Source of the DNA: Proteromonas lacertae
Taxonomy: Eukaryota
Length of the DNA: 64,000 nucleotides
Assembly (NCBI GenBank): GCA_002245135.1
Contig: NGBS01000605.1
Span: 1-64,000 of the forward strand
Reading direction: 5' to 3'
Below are positions 52,705 to 64,000 of this stretch, piece after piece. The notes beneath the pieces are model-generated. The model was not told the DNA's origin. It ran no database searches and worked only from the letters and a program-made list of their open reading frames with translations. The stretch's first letter is position 1. Every line of letters begins with the position of its first letter. The translations under genes were made by a program, and so were the position numbers.

Positions 52705-54078
52705 TTATTTAACTAAAACTACAGTCATATCCATAACATTAGTACCAGTCTGTCCAGGTTTTAAATGATACTCTGGGAACATTGAAAAGAAGTTATAAGA
52801 GTCATTATTATTCATATAATCCAATAGTTTAATTCCTTTCTTTTTAGATTCATAATATAACTCTCTATCTACTAGAGCACCAGCTGCATCAGTTGGTCCA
52901 TCACCTCCATCAGTACCAGCACATAATATAGTAACGTCAGGTAGATCTTTTAATCTTTCTAAACAACCTAATGCCATCTCTTGATTTCTTCCTCCTAAAC
53001 CTTTACCATGTATTGTAACGGTAGTTTCACCTCCAAATAATATACAAGCTGGAGCTTGAATAGGATTTCCTGTATTTCGAATTTCTGCTGCTATTGCTGT
53101 TAATGTCTTTGAAAATTCTTTTGCTTCTCCTTCAATTTTACTAGACATAATTAATGTCTTATATCCAAGTTTAGTTGCTTCTTCCTTAGCATTTAATAAT
53201 GCAATGTAATTATTAGCAACTAAGACATGAGAACAGTTTTGAAAAATTTCATTATTAGCTTTGGGTGTTTCTAGTGATTTATCCTTCGATCCATTTTCAA
53301 TTACGCTTAAAACATTGCTTGGAATCTTCAAAGGTTTAATTCGATTATATTTCTCTATGATATTCTTACAATCACTAAATGTTGTACTATCTGGTACTGT
53401 TGGTCCACTAGCTATAGTATCCAGCGTATCTCCTACAACATCACTCAATATTAATGAAACAACTCTTGCTGGATATGCATGTCTTGCAAAATTACCGCCT
53501 TTTACTTGACTTAGATGTTTTCTAATTGTATTAATCTCATGAATAGATGCTCCACAACTTAATAATTCAGATGTTGTTTGTTGAAGATCTGTCAATGTTA
53601 CCCCTTCTACTGGTGCAGCTAATAGTGCTGATCCCCCTCCTGAAATTAATAAAATTACTAAATCATCCTTGTTTGCAGTTTTTAATTTGTCAATTATTTC
53701 TTTTGTGGCGTTTACTCCTTCTATATCTGGGACTGGATGGCCTGCTGAAGAAACTCTTATTCTCTCTAATGATGTAGTAGGCTTTTGTCCATGTTTACAT
53801 ATAATGTGTCCATAGGTAATTCTATCTCCCAATACTGCTTCTGCTGCTTCAGCCATTGGTAAAGAGGCTTTTCCCATACCATAAACGTATATATTCTTGA
53901 AAGATGAGAGAGGATAAGATTCAATGGAAGAAGCTGAGCTTCCAAATTGAATATTACCAGAAATTATTTTCATATTATCCAAAACTGCACCTTTTGGAAT
54001 TACAGAAGCTACACCTGTAGCAAATATTGATTTAGCATCATCCAATAAGCTTCTTGAAGAAAAATTTCTTGCAATCAT
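52705..54078 (-). CDS. GLYCTK: Glycerate kinase type 2 (MOFRL/TtuD family) with short putative organellar presequence; intronless
   Basis: GMGKAS, AGHPVPD, LISGGGSAL, RKHLSQVKGG, ILSDVVGD, IASGPT, GGETTV, GGRNQE, GTDGGDGPTDAAG, TGTNVMD. Likely start MIARNFSSRS. Confidence 0.92.
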   Translation of the reverse strand: MIARNFSSRSLLDDAKSIFATGVASVIPKGAVLDNMKIISGNIQFGSSASSIESYPLSSFKNIYVYGMGKASLPMAEAAEAVLGDRITYGHIICKHGQKPTTSLERIRVSSAGHPVPDIEGVNATKEIIDKLKTANKDDLVILLISGGGSALLAAPVEGVTLTDLQQTTSELLSCGASIHEINTIRKHLSQVKGGNFARHAYPARVVSLILSDVVGDTLDTIASGPTVPDSTTFSDCKNIIEKYNRIKPLKIPSNVLSVIENGSKDKSLETPKANNEIFQNCSHVLVANNYIALLNAKEEATKLGYKTLIMSSKIEGEAKEFSKTLTAIAAEIRNTGNPIQAPACILFGGETTVTIHGKGLGGRNQEMALGCLERLKDLPDVTILCAGTDGGDGPTDAAGALVDRELYYESKKKGIKLLDYMNNNDSYNFFSMFPEYHLKPGQTGTNVMDMTVVLVK

Positions 54079-54219
54079 ATTCTTTGATATGATCAGTGAA
54101 GGTCTTAAGAATTTGGAGACACGGAACCTATGAAAAAATAAAATAAAAGATACATGTTCAGCGAAAATAAGTTTTTGGGAAACCAATTTAGAAATTCAAA
54201 AATTTAAAAACTGAGATAA

Positions 54220-56166
54220 ATGGAAGAATCATATGGTATTTATTTATTCTAATGATTTTTATATTTTGTGTTTAGATGATAGTTTACAACAGAATGATAC
54301 TAGTTTATATGATGAAGATAGCTATATGGAGGATATAAGCCTTAATGGTATATGTAATTTTACTATTAATGTATAGAATCTCTATTCAGTACTGATTCAG
54401 ATGATGGCCAACAAGCATTAGATGATAAGACTGCTTATTTGAAACAAGCGTATATTTAATCTATTTATTCTTATAATGTAGTATGAACTCAATGATGTTT
54501 GATATACCATCTGATTTCAGACATCCTACAGAAGAAGATTCAGTTACAGTATTACTCACATCAATATATTAATTATAGTTGATAAACTGTCTATATGCAC
54601 TAGTGAATCAACGTAAATCGGATGTTTCTAATAACTCTAGAGTATATTTCTATTAGATAATTGAATAATAGTTACAACTTGAAATAACAGAATTAGAGAA
54701 AATCAACCAATCATTATTAGAGAAAAAGATGGCAGCTAAACAAAAACTAGATTCATCTAAAAGGATTTTAAATCAAAGAGATCAAGAAATAGTCCAAATA
54801 AAACAGGCAATAGAAAAAACCAACAGTCAAATAGACAAAACAATAAAAGAAATATCTCAGCAAAAAGTCCACTTAAAAAACAGTGAAAAATCAATGTTTA
54901 ATAAATTAAGAAATATGGAGAATTTAATAAGTAAAAATAAAGCTCAATATTTTAGAAGTATTAAACAAAAAGAAGGTGAATATAGAGGAAGTCAAATAAC
55001 AAATGATATTCCATCAAAAACTGAAGTTTGGTCTTATAAAGTATATAATATTTTGATTTTGATTTTTATTTATTATTTAATAGTTTGATTGGAATTCATT
55101 GAGTGAAGGTTATAAACAGATAGTCCGTCCTGATTATTTAATACAATATGCGCAATTATTGGATGAAAATAAAATCATTTTAAATACTCTAGAAAATTTA
55201 CAAAATGAAATTGATGTATATATATGTTATTTTTTTATTCTTATTAGAATGTAATTAAAAGACAACCTCAACTATTTGATGATATATCAAATCCAGATAT
55301 TTTAGAATTAAGAAACAATCCAATTAACCCAGACTTAGTAAGAATGCCAATAAAATATTTTGAAAATTATTATATTGAATATATGAGAAGAAAGATTCAA
55401 TTGTTAATGACAATACTTGAGAATTACTATGGAAATATAACAAAAGTTGAAGATTCAGAAGATGAAGTATATATATTATTATTATTAATTATTAATTATT
55501 AATTATATTAAATAGAATCTATTAAAAGAATTAGAAGATATACTTCGAACTTCAAAGAATGTAATAATCGAAGAAGATTTTTTCATTCGTTCAATATTAT
55601 ATGCAACAAGTGTTGAAAACAACAATAACAATGAAAATGACTATTCATCCTCTTATTCATCATATTCATCTTCGACCACTAATACAACTAGCACAAGATC
55701 TCAGTCATTTATTGATAATAATAATAATAATGATATTATAAGAGAAGAGTATTTGTCTACAGATAATATATTTAACAACATAAGTAGTGGAAATAATAAT
55801 AATATAATTTCAACTATAAAGAGTAAGAAAATTAATAAGATTGAAAAATATGATGGTTTGAATAATAATAATAATGAAGAAATGGAGATAGATAATAGAG
55901 AAGGTGAAAGTGGATATGAAAGCATAGAAAGTGATTATAATGATATTTATAAGTTTAATAATGAGTTTGATATGATGTATAATAACAATGATGAAGTTAA
56001 TGTTATGGATAATAGCTCAATGAAGAATAAGGATGCAGGTGGTGGATTGGATTTCTCCAATATTTACAACACGAGTGGTGAATATAACAACAGTAACAAT
56101 AGTTCCAATACTAGTAGAAGTAAAAGCACAGTTTCACATAGTACTACTGATTCTGAGGTGTTTTAA
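54220..56166 (+). CDS. Multi-exon coiled-coil protein, possibly ADIP/SSX2IP/Msd1-like, with Asn/Ser-rich tail
   Basis: LINCLYALVNQR, then a long coiled coil ending AQYFRSIKQKEGEY, reminiscent of the ADIP domain. Confidence 0.45.
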
Positions 56167-56281
56167 TAGTTAATTATTTTTATTTTCTTTTCTTTATATG
56201 AAATAATTGATGTTTTAAATTGTGGGTTTAAAATAGTGTCAAAATTTTTATACACCATAGAAATTAAAAACCAAAATCAGA

Positions 56282-57085
56282 ATGGAAGCAGAAGTTGATC
56301 CTAATGATATATGGGAGGAAAGAATTAATTCTCTTGGTACAATACAAATGTTATTGCAAATAGGTTTTGTTTACTATCATAACCCAATTTTGGGAATCAC
56401 ACAATGGAAAATGCCAGATCTTACTTCATTGTATTATTATACAATCTAATAATGTAGACAATTGTATAAAAGATACATTGATGATAATAATATTCAATAT
56501 TACTACAGAGCTCTCAGTCAAGATTATAAATATGTCCTTCCTCCGCCTTATAGTCATGTATAGAATAATAATATATTTAATAACTAGTTGAAAAGTGATG
56601 GTTGGTGTGGAGTTATTACAGAAGAAGGTAATCAATACTACACAAATGGAAATAAATCTAAGTGGGTTTTACCAATATCATATGTTAATGAAGGTGAATA
56701 TTCTGACAGTGAATATGAATCAAGTGAAGAAGAAGAAGATGATGATGATGATGATGAGAATAAAGATAATGAAGAAGAATTTGATTATATTAATACAGAA
56801 AATGAAAGTAGTTATGGAATAGTTTTAAGTGCTTTAAAGAAATTTGCTCCAAACAGCGTTTTTCCTAGTGATTCAAGTAAAAATACAAATAATTTAAAGA
56901 TTAATAAGATATATGATACTTTATATATATCATTTTTAATTTCATATTGAATGTTAGTTTCTTTTAATTCCATATTTTTGTAAGGAACTGGTATTTTAAA
57001 GAGTATAAGAGAAGATGGTTTTGTAGAGATACATTATGAATGGGGTAAAGCGTTTATAAAGACTGATAAGTTAATTAATTGTTGA
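56282..57085 (+). CDS. WW-domain protein with acidic linker and small C-terminal beta domain
   Basis: WEERINSL|GFVYYHNPILGITQWKMP and GWCGVITEEGNQYYTNGNKSKWVLP. Last exon GTGILKSIREDGFVEIHYEWGKAFI. Confidence 0.7.
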
Positions 57086-57472
57086 TATATATGTTTTTTA
57101 TGCGGTTTAAGGTTGCCTTTGTTTTTATTCTTGCTTTATATTTTGTGCATTGTAATAAATATATATATATATTTACAATCATAAGCACTAAAGAATAATT
57201 GTAAATCGAGTTAATCTGCATTTTGTATTTAATATAACGTTTTATACCATATGGGTTTAAAACGTACAATGTAAAGGCATATTTATAACATTTATAAAAA
57301 GAACAACGAGCAGAATTTACTTCTTACATAACAGTATTTTAGGGTGTTTTATTACACCTAATTAGTATTTCAAAAAATAAAATGTGATAATATTGAGAAT
57401 TGATAAAATCCAATAAAAAAAATGAAACGGTATTTTATAAAAATATATCCGTTTTGGAGTTATGAATTTTTG

Positions 57473-58736
57473 ATGAATAAGTCAAAAATTGTACCATATG
57501 ATATATTTGCTCCTGATCCATATGACTTAGATAAAGATTCCGTTTGTTTAGCTTCATATTATTATTGTATATACTAAAGGTAATATTTAATCCATTAGTT
57601 AGCTTTAATGATGTGAAGAGGTTGAAAAAGGATTATGATGATATGTGTAGTTTTAGAAGCAATAATAACTTAAGCGTTCGTACTTTTATCCGAAGAATTG
57701 GATATTGTGACTGTGTCCTAGTAAATAAGTTTTTGAAACCTTATTCTAACAAATTTACTTGGAATGACTACTTCCAATTTGTAGTATTTTTTTCTCTAGC
57801 TCCTATGTCAGCAATTGCATATGGTGTTTCTCATCGTTTATATTATCTATAAATAGCATCAATTAATATCCTAAGAGACGAAAATAGAAATATAGTAACA
57901 TTAGTATACTAAAATTACCATATTCTATAGGATGATTTAACAATAATATTAAGAAAGCTTGAAACATATGATTATTTTGATATGGATATGTTACAATTAT
58001 TTAACAGATATGATAAGTATTTATATCTTTAAATTTTGTTATTAAATAGGAAAAAAAGTGGAATTTCATATGAACAATTCTTTACATTTTACGATAAAAC
58101 ATATCCATTATGGAAGCCGCTATATTTATTTCGAATGGCAATGTTAAAAGCTTTTTTTCCTCATAATTCTTATAGAGTAATATTAGATAGAAAAAAGAAT
58201 ATTAAGAGTATAAAAGACTGAATAATGGTAGTTTTCCTGTTGCATATTCAAATAGCTGTTACAACCGATTATTATCAACGTTTATTGATATTAAGAATCC
58301 TAGCCGTTATGATTATGATTATTTGATATGTCCTTACTTCAAATATGGTGATTTTGTTAAAGTGCTATTAGGAAAATATAAAAGTGGATTTGTAAACCAC
58401 TTTTTTCATTTTAGAATGAAACACCTGAATAATATTACAGAGAATTATATAATCAATGAAATAGATCAAATGTATATTATTTTCGACACTTACAGAGTAA
58501 GAACAGCTAGTCATACATTATCACCTCATAATAGTTCATTTAGTTTGTATTCATTCTCTTCCAGTAAATTTAAACACACAGATTCATATGATAAGCCGCT
58601 GTATTCTATTTTAAGAGAATCTTCAAATATTCGACATTCAAAAAGAACTCTTATTGCTGGAAATAGTAAACCTTATAATTTAAAGCCAACTATTTCTGAT
58701 GCAGTTTTAAGTGGTAATAAAGATAAATGTAATTAG
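57473..58736 (+). CDS. Tandem paralogue 1 of an uncharacterised, possibly degenerate EF-hand family; frame disruption near 58218
   Basis: Shares DP..LD..S...A.YYY, FTWNDYFQFVVFFSLAPM, LWKPLY.FR, INEIDQMYI.F with the next two genes. Confidence 0.65.
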
Positions 58737-58863
58737 TGATTATAATTCAATTGTGATGTATTTATATGTGAGAATTAATGTTATTTGATATAAAACATAC
58801 AAAACATCATCTTTTAAATAAAAACGAAAAAATATATTCGTTTCAATTAGTTATTTTTTTTAA

Positions 58864-60258
58864 ATGAATGATGTTATTACTACAATGGAGGTTGATGACC
58901 CTTTGGGGTTGGATAAAGAGTCATTGCTTATAGCGTCATATTATTATTGTAGTTATATTTGATTAATTTTGTATTTTAGTAAACCGCCATGATGTGAAGC
59001 TTTTGAAAATGAAATATGATAGAATGAAAAGGTATAATCTTTAAAAAGATATATTTAATAGGCTTAAAGATAAAGAATTTCTAGATGGTAGTACATTCAT
59101 TCAAGCATTAGAATTCAGAATAGGCACATTTGTGGTGGATTTTGTAAAACCATTTAAGGATAAGTTTACCTGGAACAATTTCTTTCAATTTGTTGTTTAT
59201 TTCTCTCTAGCACCAATGGTTGCTATTATTTATAGTATACTTATATATGTCTATATTCTTCTAAATATATAGCTACTGTAAATATTCTTCGAGAAGTCAA
59301 TCAAAATACTGTTTCATGGGTATGATTATGTTATTTCATTTTTTAAATAGGATGATCTTCTTCTAATAGTCAATAAATTACATACAGAAGAATTGATAAC
59401 AAATAACCATGAAATGTTATTTAAAAAATTTGAAAAGTATAAATTCTATATATATATGTTATAAATTATAGTAAAAATGGTACAATTCTATTTAATTATT
59501 TCTTAAAGTTTGTAGATAGTTCATTTGAGCTATGGAAACCATTATATCAATTCAAAATCGCAATGTTGGAGAAATTCTTCCCAGAATCTGCCTACAAAGA
59601 TATATTACACAGAAAATTGGATATCACCTATATAAAGCGATATCAAATTAGTCATAATAACAAATTCCCACCAACAAGTACAAATTGTATGACCAATTTT
59701 ATTTCAACTGTATTAAACACTCCCAATAAGAACAGATATGATTATGATTTTGCATTTTATAGAACATACAGATTTAGTGATATTATTCGGAATTTTATAA
59801 GCTACTATGATCCTACGTTTGAGAACATTGTATTTCGTTTTAATTTAAAGAATTTAAGCAAAAAAACAGAATTTGATGTAATAAATGAGATGGACGAAAT
59901 GTATATACATTTTAACACATATGGTAGTGCAGCAACTACTAATTCGATCAATGTATCAAATTATTCAAGGCATAACAGTAGTTCAAGAAATAATAGTGCT
60001 TCAAGACATAATAGTGCTAGTAATTCAAGACATAATTCTTCCAGGAGTATCGTTGTGAAACAAGGAGCTTCAGTAAAAACAAGCTATTTAGCGCATGTAA
60101 ATCAGTCTACCAGAAACAGTACTACAGTAACTAAGTCAATTCTTAGAACTTCTTCTCTAAAGTATACTAGTAGTAATAATGTTATAAAAGTTGTACCTGC
60201 AAAACCTGTGAAATGTAATCACTCGGAAATAGAGTTGAATGAAAAGAATGTAAGTTAA
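58864..60258 (+). CDS. Tandem paralogue 2 of the same uncharacterised family
   Basis: Same motifs and matching intron positions; Ser/Arg/Asn-rich tail. Confidence 0.7.
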
Positions 60259-60440
60259 TGAGTTGAAATGAGAAAGCGTAAGATATATAATTAATGTATT
60301 TATGGTATTTTAGCAATATTATATTATTTTATGTATTATATATTGCATTTTCTTGTTAGAGAGTTTAAGAAAATAGAAAAACTGAAATTTATTTAAAAGT
60401 TATTCGTTTCAGAAAACTAACTTTAGATTGTTTTTTTGTA

Positions 60441-61832
60441 ATGCATAATGTGCTGAATATTAAAGTAAACCCTATAAAAGAAGTTGGAGACCCTTATTTA
60501 CTTGATGAAGAGTCAATCCATTTAGCGGCATATTATTACAGTATGTGCAGAGAATAATATTATAAAATAGTGAGTTATCGAGATGTAAAAGCGCTGAAAA
60601 CTAGATATGATAGAATAGCAAAGTATTAAATTTCTAATTTAATATTTTTTTTATAGAATGCATGGCACCAGTTTTTTAGATAGTTATTCATTTCTTCAAT
60701 CTTTATCATTTGCGGAAAGTTCATTTTTAGAAGATTTCATGAAGCCGTTTAGAAATGAATTCAAATGGAACGATTTCTTTCAGTTTGTTGTTTACTTCTC
60801 GTTGGCGCCTATGCCTGCAATTGTTTATGGTATAAAATATTATCATATGATAATGTAATATAGCTGCTCTACATATTTTGACTGATGTAAGAACATCAAT
60901 CACAGAAGTATAAATATAATTGTTTATATTATTGATATAGGATGATATACTGCGTATATTTGCAAAACTTCAGACTAGAGAATTTGTAACATCATCTTAT
61001 ATTGGTTTGTTTAAGAAATATGATGTGTATTAGAATATCAATTTATTAGTATTTTTTCTATAGAAGGAAAACAGGAATCACATACAATCAATTCTTCAAA
61101 TTCTTTGACCAGACTTTTGAACTGTGGGAACCTCTATACAAATTCCGTGTTGCATTAATTCAAACATATTTCCCAGGTGGATCATATAGACCAATATTTA
61201 CTCGAAAACTGAATATTTATTTAATTAAAGAATATAGAGAATGTCATAATAATAGATTTCCTCCAGTTAATAATATGTGTGTTGATAAATTATTATCCTG
61301 TATATTTAATACACCAAATCCAAATGTCTATAATTATGATTATCAATTATATCAATGTTTTACTTATCGAGATTTTGCTAGGAATATTATTAGGAAATAC
61401 AGACCTGACGCTTTAGTTGTAAAAAAACAATTTAGAATGCATTATCTAAATCATGATACAAAATATGAAATAATTAATGAAATAGATAAAATGTATATAG
61501 CTTTCAATTCATATAGAATGAAAGGAGCTGATGTAAGTTCAGCCTGTAATTCTAGACGTAATTCTTTAAATAGCAATTCATCTACACATAAACTATCAGT
61601 TACAACAAAATCTTCTCATTGTAATTACAAAGGATCTATTTTAAGAGATTGTTCTCTAAAATTCAGTACTACAAGAATAAATGGTGGCGGTGGAGGAGTT
61701 TCACCTGCTCAAAATGTATTATCTTTACCTCCAACACCTAATACAAGGCAGTTTGGAAAGAAAAGAATGATAGGTGGATCAATTCTAGTGAATGATTCAA
61801 ATGATTTTGTAGAAAGTAAGAAGAGCTGTTAA
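60441..61832 (+). CDS. Tandem paralogue 3 of the same uncharacterised family
   Basis: FKWNDFFQFVVYFSLAPM, LWEPLYKFR, INEIDKMYIAF; same intron positions as copy 2. Confidence 0.7.
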
Positions 61833-61951
61833 ATTAAGTAAATATGTGTATATAGTTTAGTATTTGAAGTGAATATAAATCATTTATTTTATTTAATATC
61901 AATAGTTAGTGTGATTTTTTTGATTATTTTCTAAACAAAAAAATAAAATTA

Positions 61952-64000
61952 TTAATTCTTCTTTATAATTAAATTTGGATTATCTTTCTTCAAGCATTTA
62001 AACCAATCAAGATTAACATCATAATTATTGTCATCTAAATACAATTTATTCAAATATTTTAACACTGAAAGATGATTGGACAGAGAAATAACACCTTTAT
62101 TGGAAATATTATTTGATGAAAAATCTAATGTCTTCAAATTTGGTGTATATTTCAACTGTTCTGATAAAAACTCTATTCCGTTACTTATCATATTCCCAGA
62201 CATATTCAATATCTTCAAATTGTACAAACTTGACATAAATTTTGAAAATTCAATCACTCCATAATCGCCAATATTGTCGTTATAACAATATAAATTCTCT
62301 AAGTTGCCTATATATTGACAATTGTGACTAAATTCAGCAAATCCATTGTTATCAATTGGATTTTGCTGAATAAAAAGTGTATTCAAATGAGGTAAAAACT
62401 TGAAAGATTCTGAAAAGTATTTCATTCCTACACTAGTCATATTAATATCTATACAATAATAAATTCAATAATAATAATCAAAATATACCATCGATATATA
62501 TTTTTATAAGATTTCTAACTGCTGATAACTCTTTACTTAAAGATATAATTCCTTCATCATCGATCTTATTACTTGACAATAGCAATGATGTTAATAACGA
62601 CAAATGAGATATATTTTTTGCCATTTCTGTTATACCTTTACTACTAATATTGTTATATGAAAGATTTAATTCATTCAAATAGTTTAATCTACTGAAATTC
62701 TGACTGAAAGCAATTAATGAAGCATCATCACATTCAGCATCTATACAATATTATATATGATGATGATGATAATTAAAATACTGTTCAAATCTATAGTGTG
62801 TAGAAGAGAAAGCAAACCTATATTTTCATAGAATTTTTTGGTATTGTTTGAAAAATTATTATTACCTATTCTTAGTATTGCTATGTGACTTAAATGGCTA
62901 AAATAACTTGATAATTCATCCATCTTCTCACCATCATCTAATCTACAATTTGATATGTTTAAATCTTTCAATCTTGTTATATAAACTAAATTTATAATAA
63001 TATCATGCACATATTCATTTGATTTTATATTCAATGTACTATGCGACAAATCAAATGTATTTAAATTCTTTAAATCAGAAAAATGATTTGATATTTTACT
63101 TAATCCATAACATGTAATTTTGTTATTTTTGATTGATAATTCTTCTAAATTTGATATATATTTGAAACTATTTAATAACATTATAATGCCATTATCTTTT
63201 AATGAATTGGACGCAAGATTAAGATATTGAAGATGAGGAATATAATGCAATGTATAGCTAAATTCAATTAATGTTGATAAATTATTCATCTTAACATTCT
63301 CTAAATTCAATTTCTGAAGATTACATAGATTATGAAAATTTGTAAAACAATACAACATATTCATATCATTTCCAACAAATCCAATTGTTTTTAGATACTT
63401 ACAATTACGAAATATGTTGTTGCTCATTGACATAATAAAACCAACATAAGATGTGTCTATTTTATTACCATTTACATTTAGATGAATGATATTCTTATGA
63501 TTTGATAATGTTTTTATATCATTCAAAAATGTAAATGGATCAGATGCCTTTTTACTACTTTCCCACTGAATAATTTGCAACCGATTTATTTCACTTAAGC
63601 CTATTGAATTAATAGAATTCTTTGATAAATTAAAATGATTTAGTTTCTTTAGTTTATATACTAAACCCATTAAATCATATCTACAATCTTTAGATATTTG
63701 ATTATTCTCCAGATTTAATGATTCTAAGTTAGTTAAATTTATTGCGCTTTTGCAAAACACTTTAATTCCTATCTTACCAATACGATTATTAGAAATATTT
63801 AGGTGTTTTAAATTCGATATATTACTAATGCTATTACATAATGCACTTATTGAATCACCGCCATTTAACATAGTTTCTGCAATATTCAATCTTTCTAAGT
63901 GTGTTATAAATTTCAAATTTCTAGAAAAAACGATCATTCCTTTCAATGAAAATGAATTACTTCTTAATAACAACACTTTAAGATTTGTTATGAATGAAAA
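61952..64000 (-). CDS. Ribonuclease-inhibitor/NLRC3-type leucine-rich repeat protein, 3' part (5' end outside window)
   Basis: About 28-residue repeats LxxLxLxxNxIxxxG across three ORFs joined by short introns. Confidence 0.88.

Noticed and set aside
61952..64000. LRR gene as an NLR immune receptor linked to the Hsp70 array
   Set aside because: Only LRRs are visible; the N-terminus lies outside the window, so no NACHT/NB-ARC domain can be shown.

Overview
Very AT-rich, gene-dense eukaryotic DNA with many tiny (about 24-50 nt) GT-AG introns and intergenic gaps often around 100 bp. The gene content (SDHC, NDUFB8, a mastigoneme-type EGF protein) and GT-rich 3' elements suggest a Blastocystis/Proteromonas-like gut stramenopile; this is an inference, not a determination. 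Single-base homopolymer indels break many genes, including essential ones, and are most likely assembly errors. The main feature is a chaperone island with two complementary families. Eight intronless ~500-aa Hsp70s (15.4-29.6 kb) have the ATPase domain and the substrate-binding beta-sandwich but no helical lid. Three intron-rich Hsp110-like genes (37.6-51.5 kb) have the ATPase domain joined directly to the helical lid and no beta-sandwich. Both families show gene-conversion tracts over the ATPase core. Other highlights: a canonical ubiquitin fused to ribosomal protein eS30 (absent from the ORF track), a giant Crinkler/RHS-type gene with two NTPase-nuclease modules, an ornithine decarboxylase homologue lacking its catalytic Cys-Asp, and a candidate minor-spliceosome intron. 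All protein calls come from motif recognition by eye; no searches were run.
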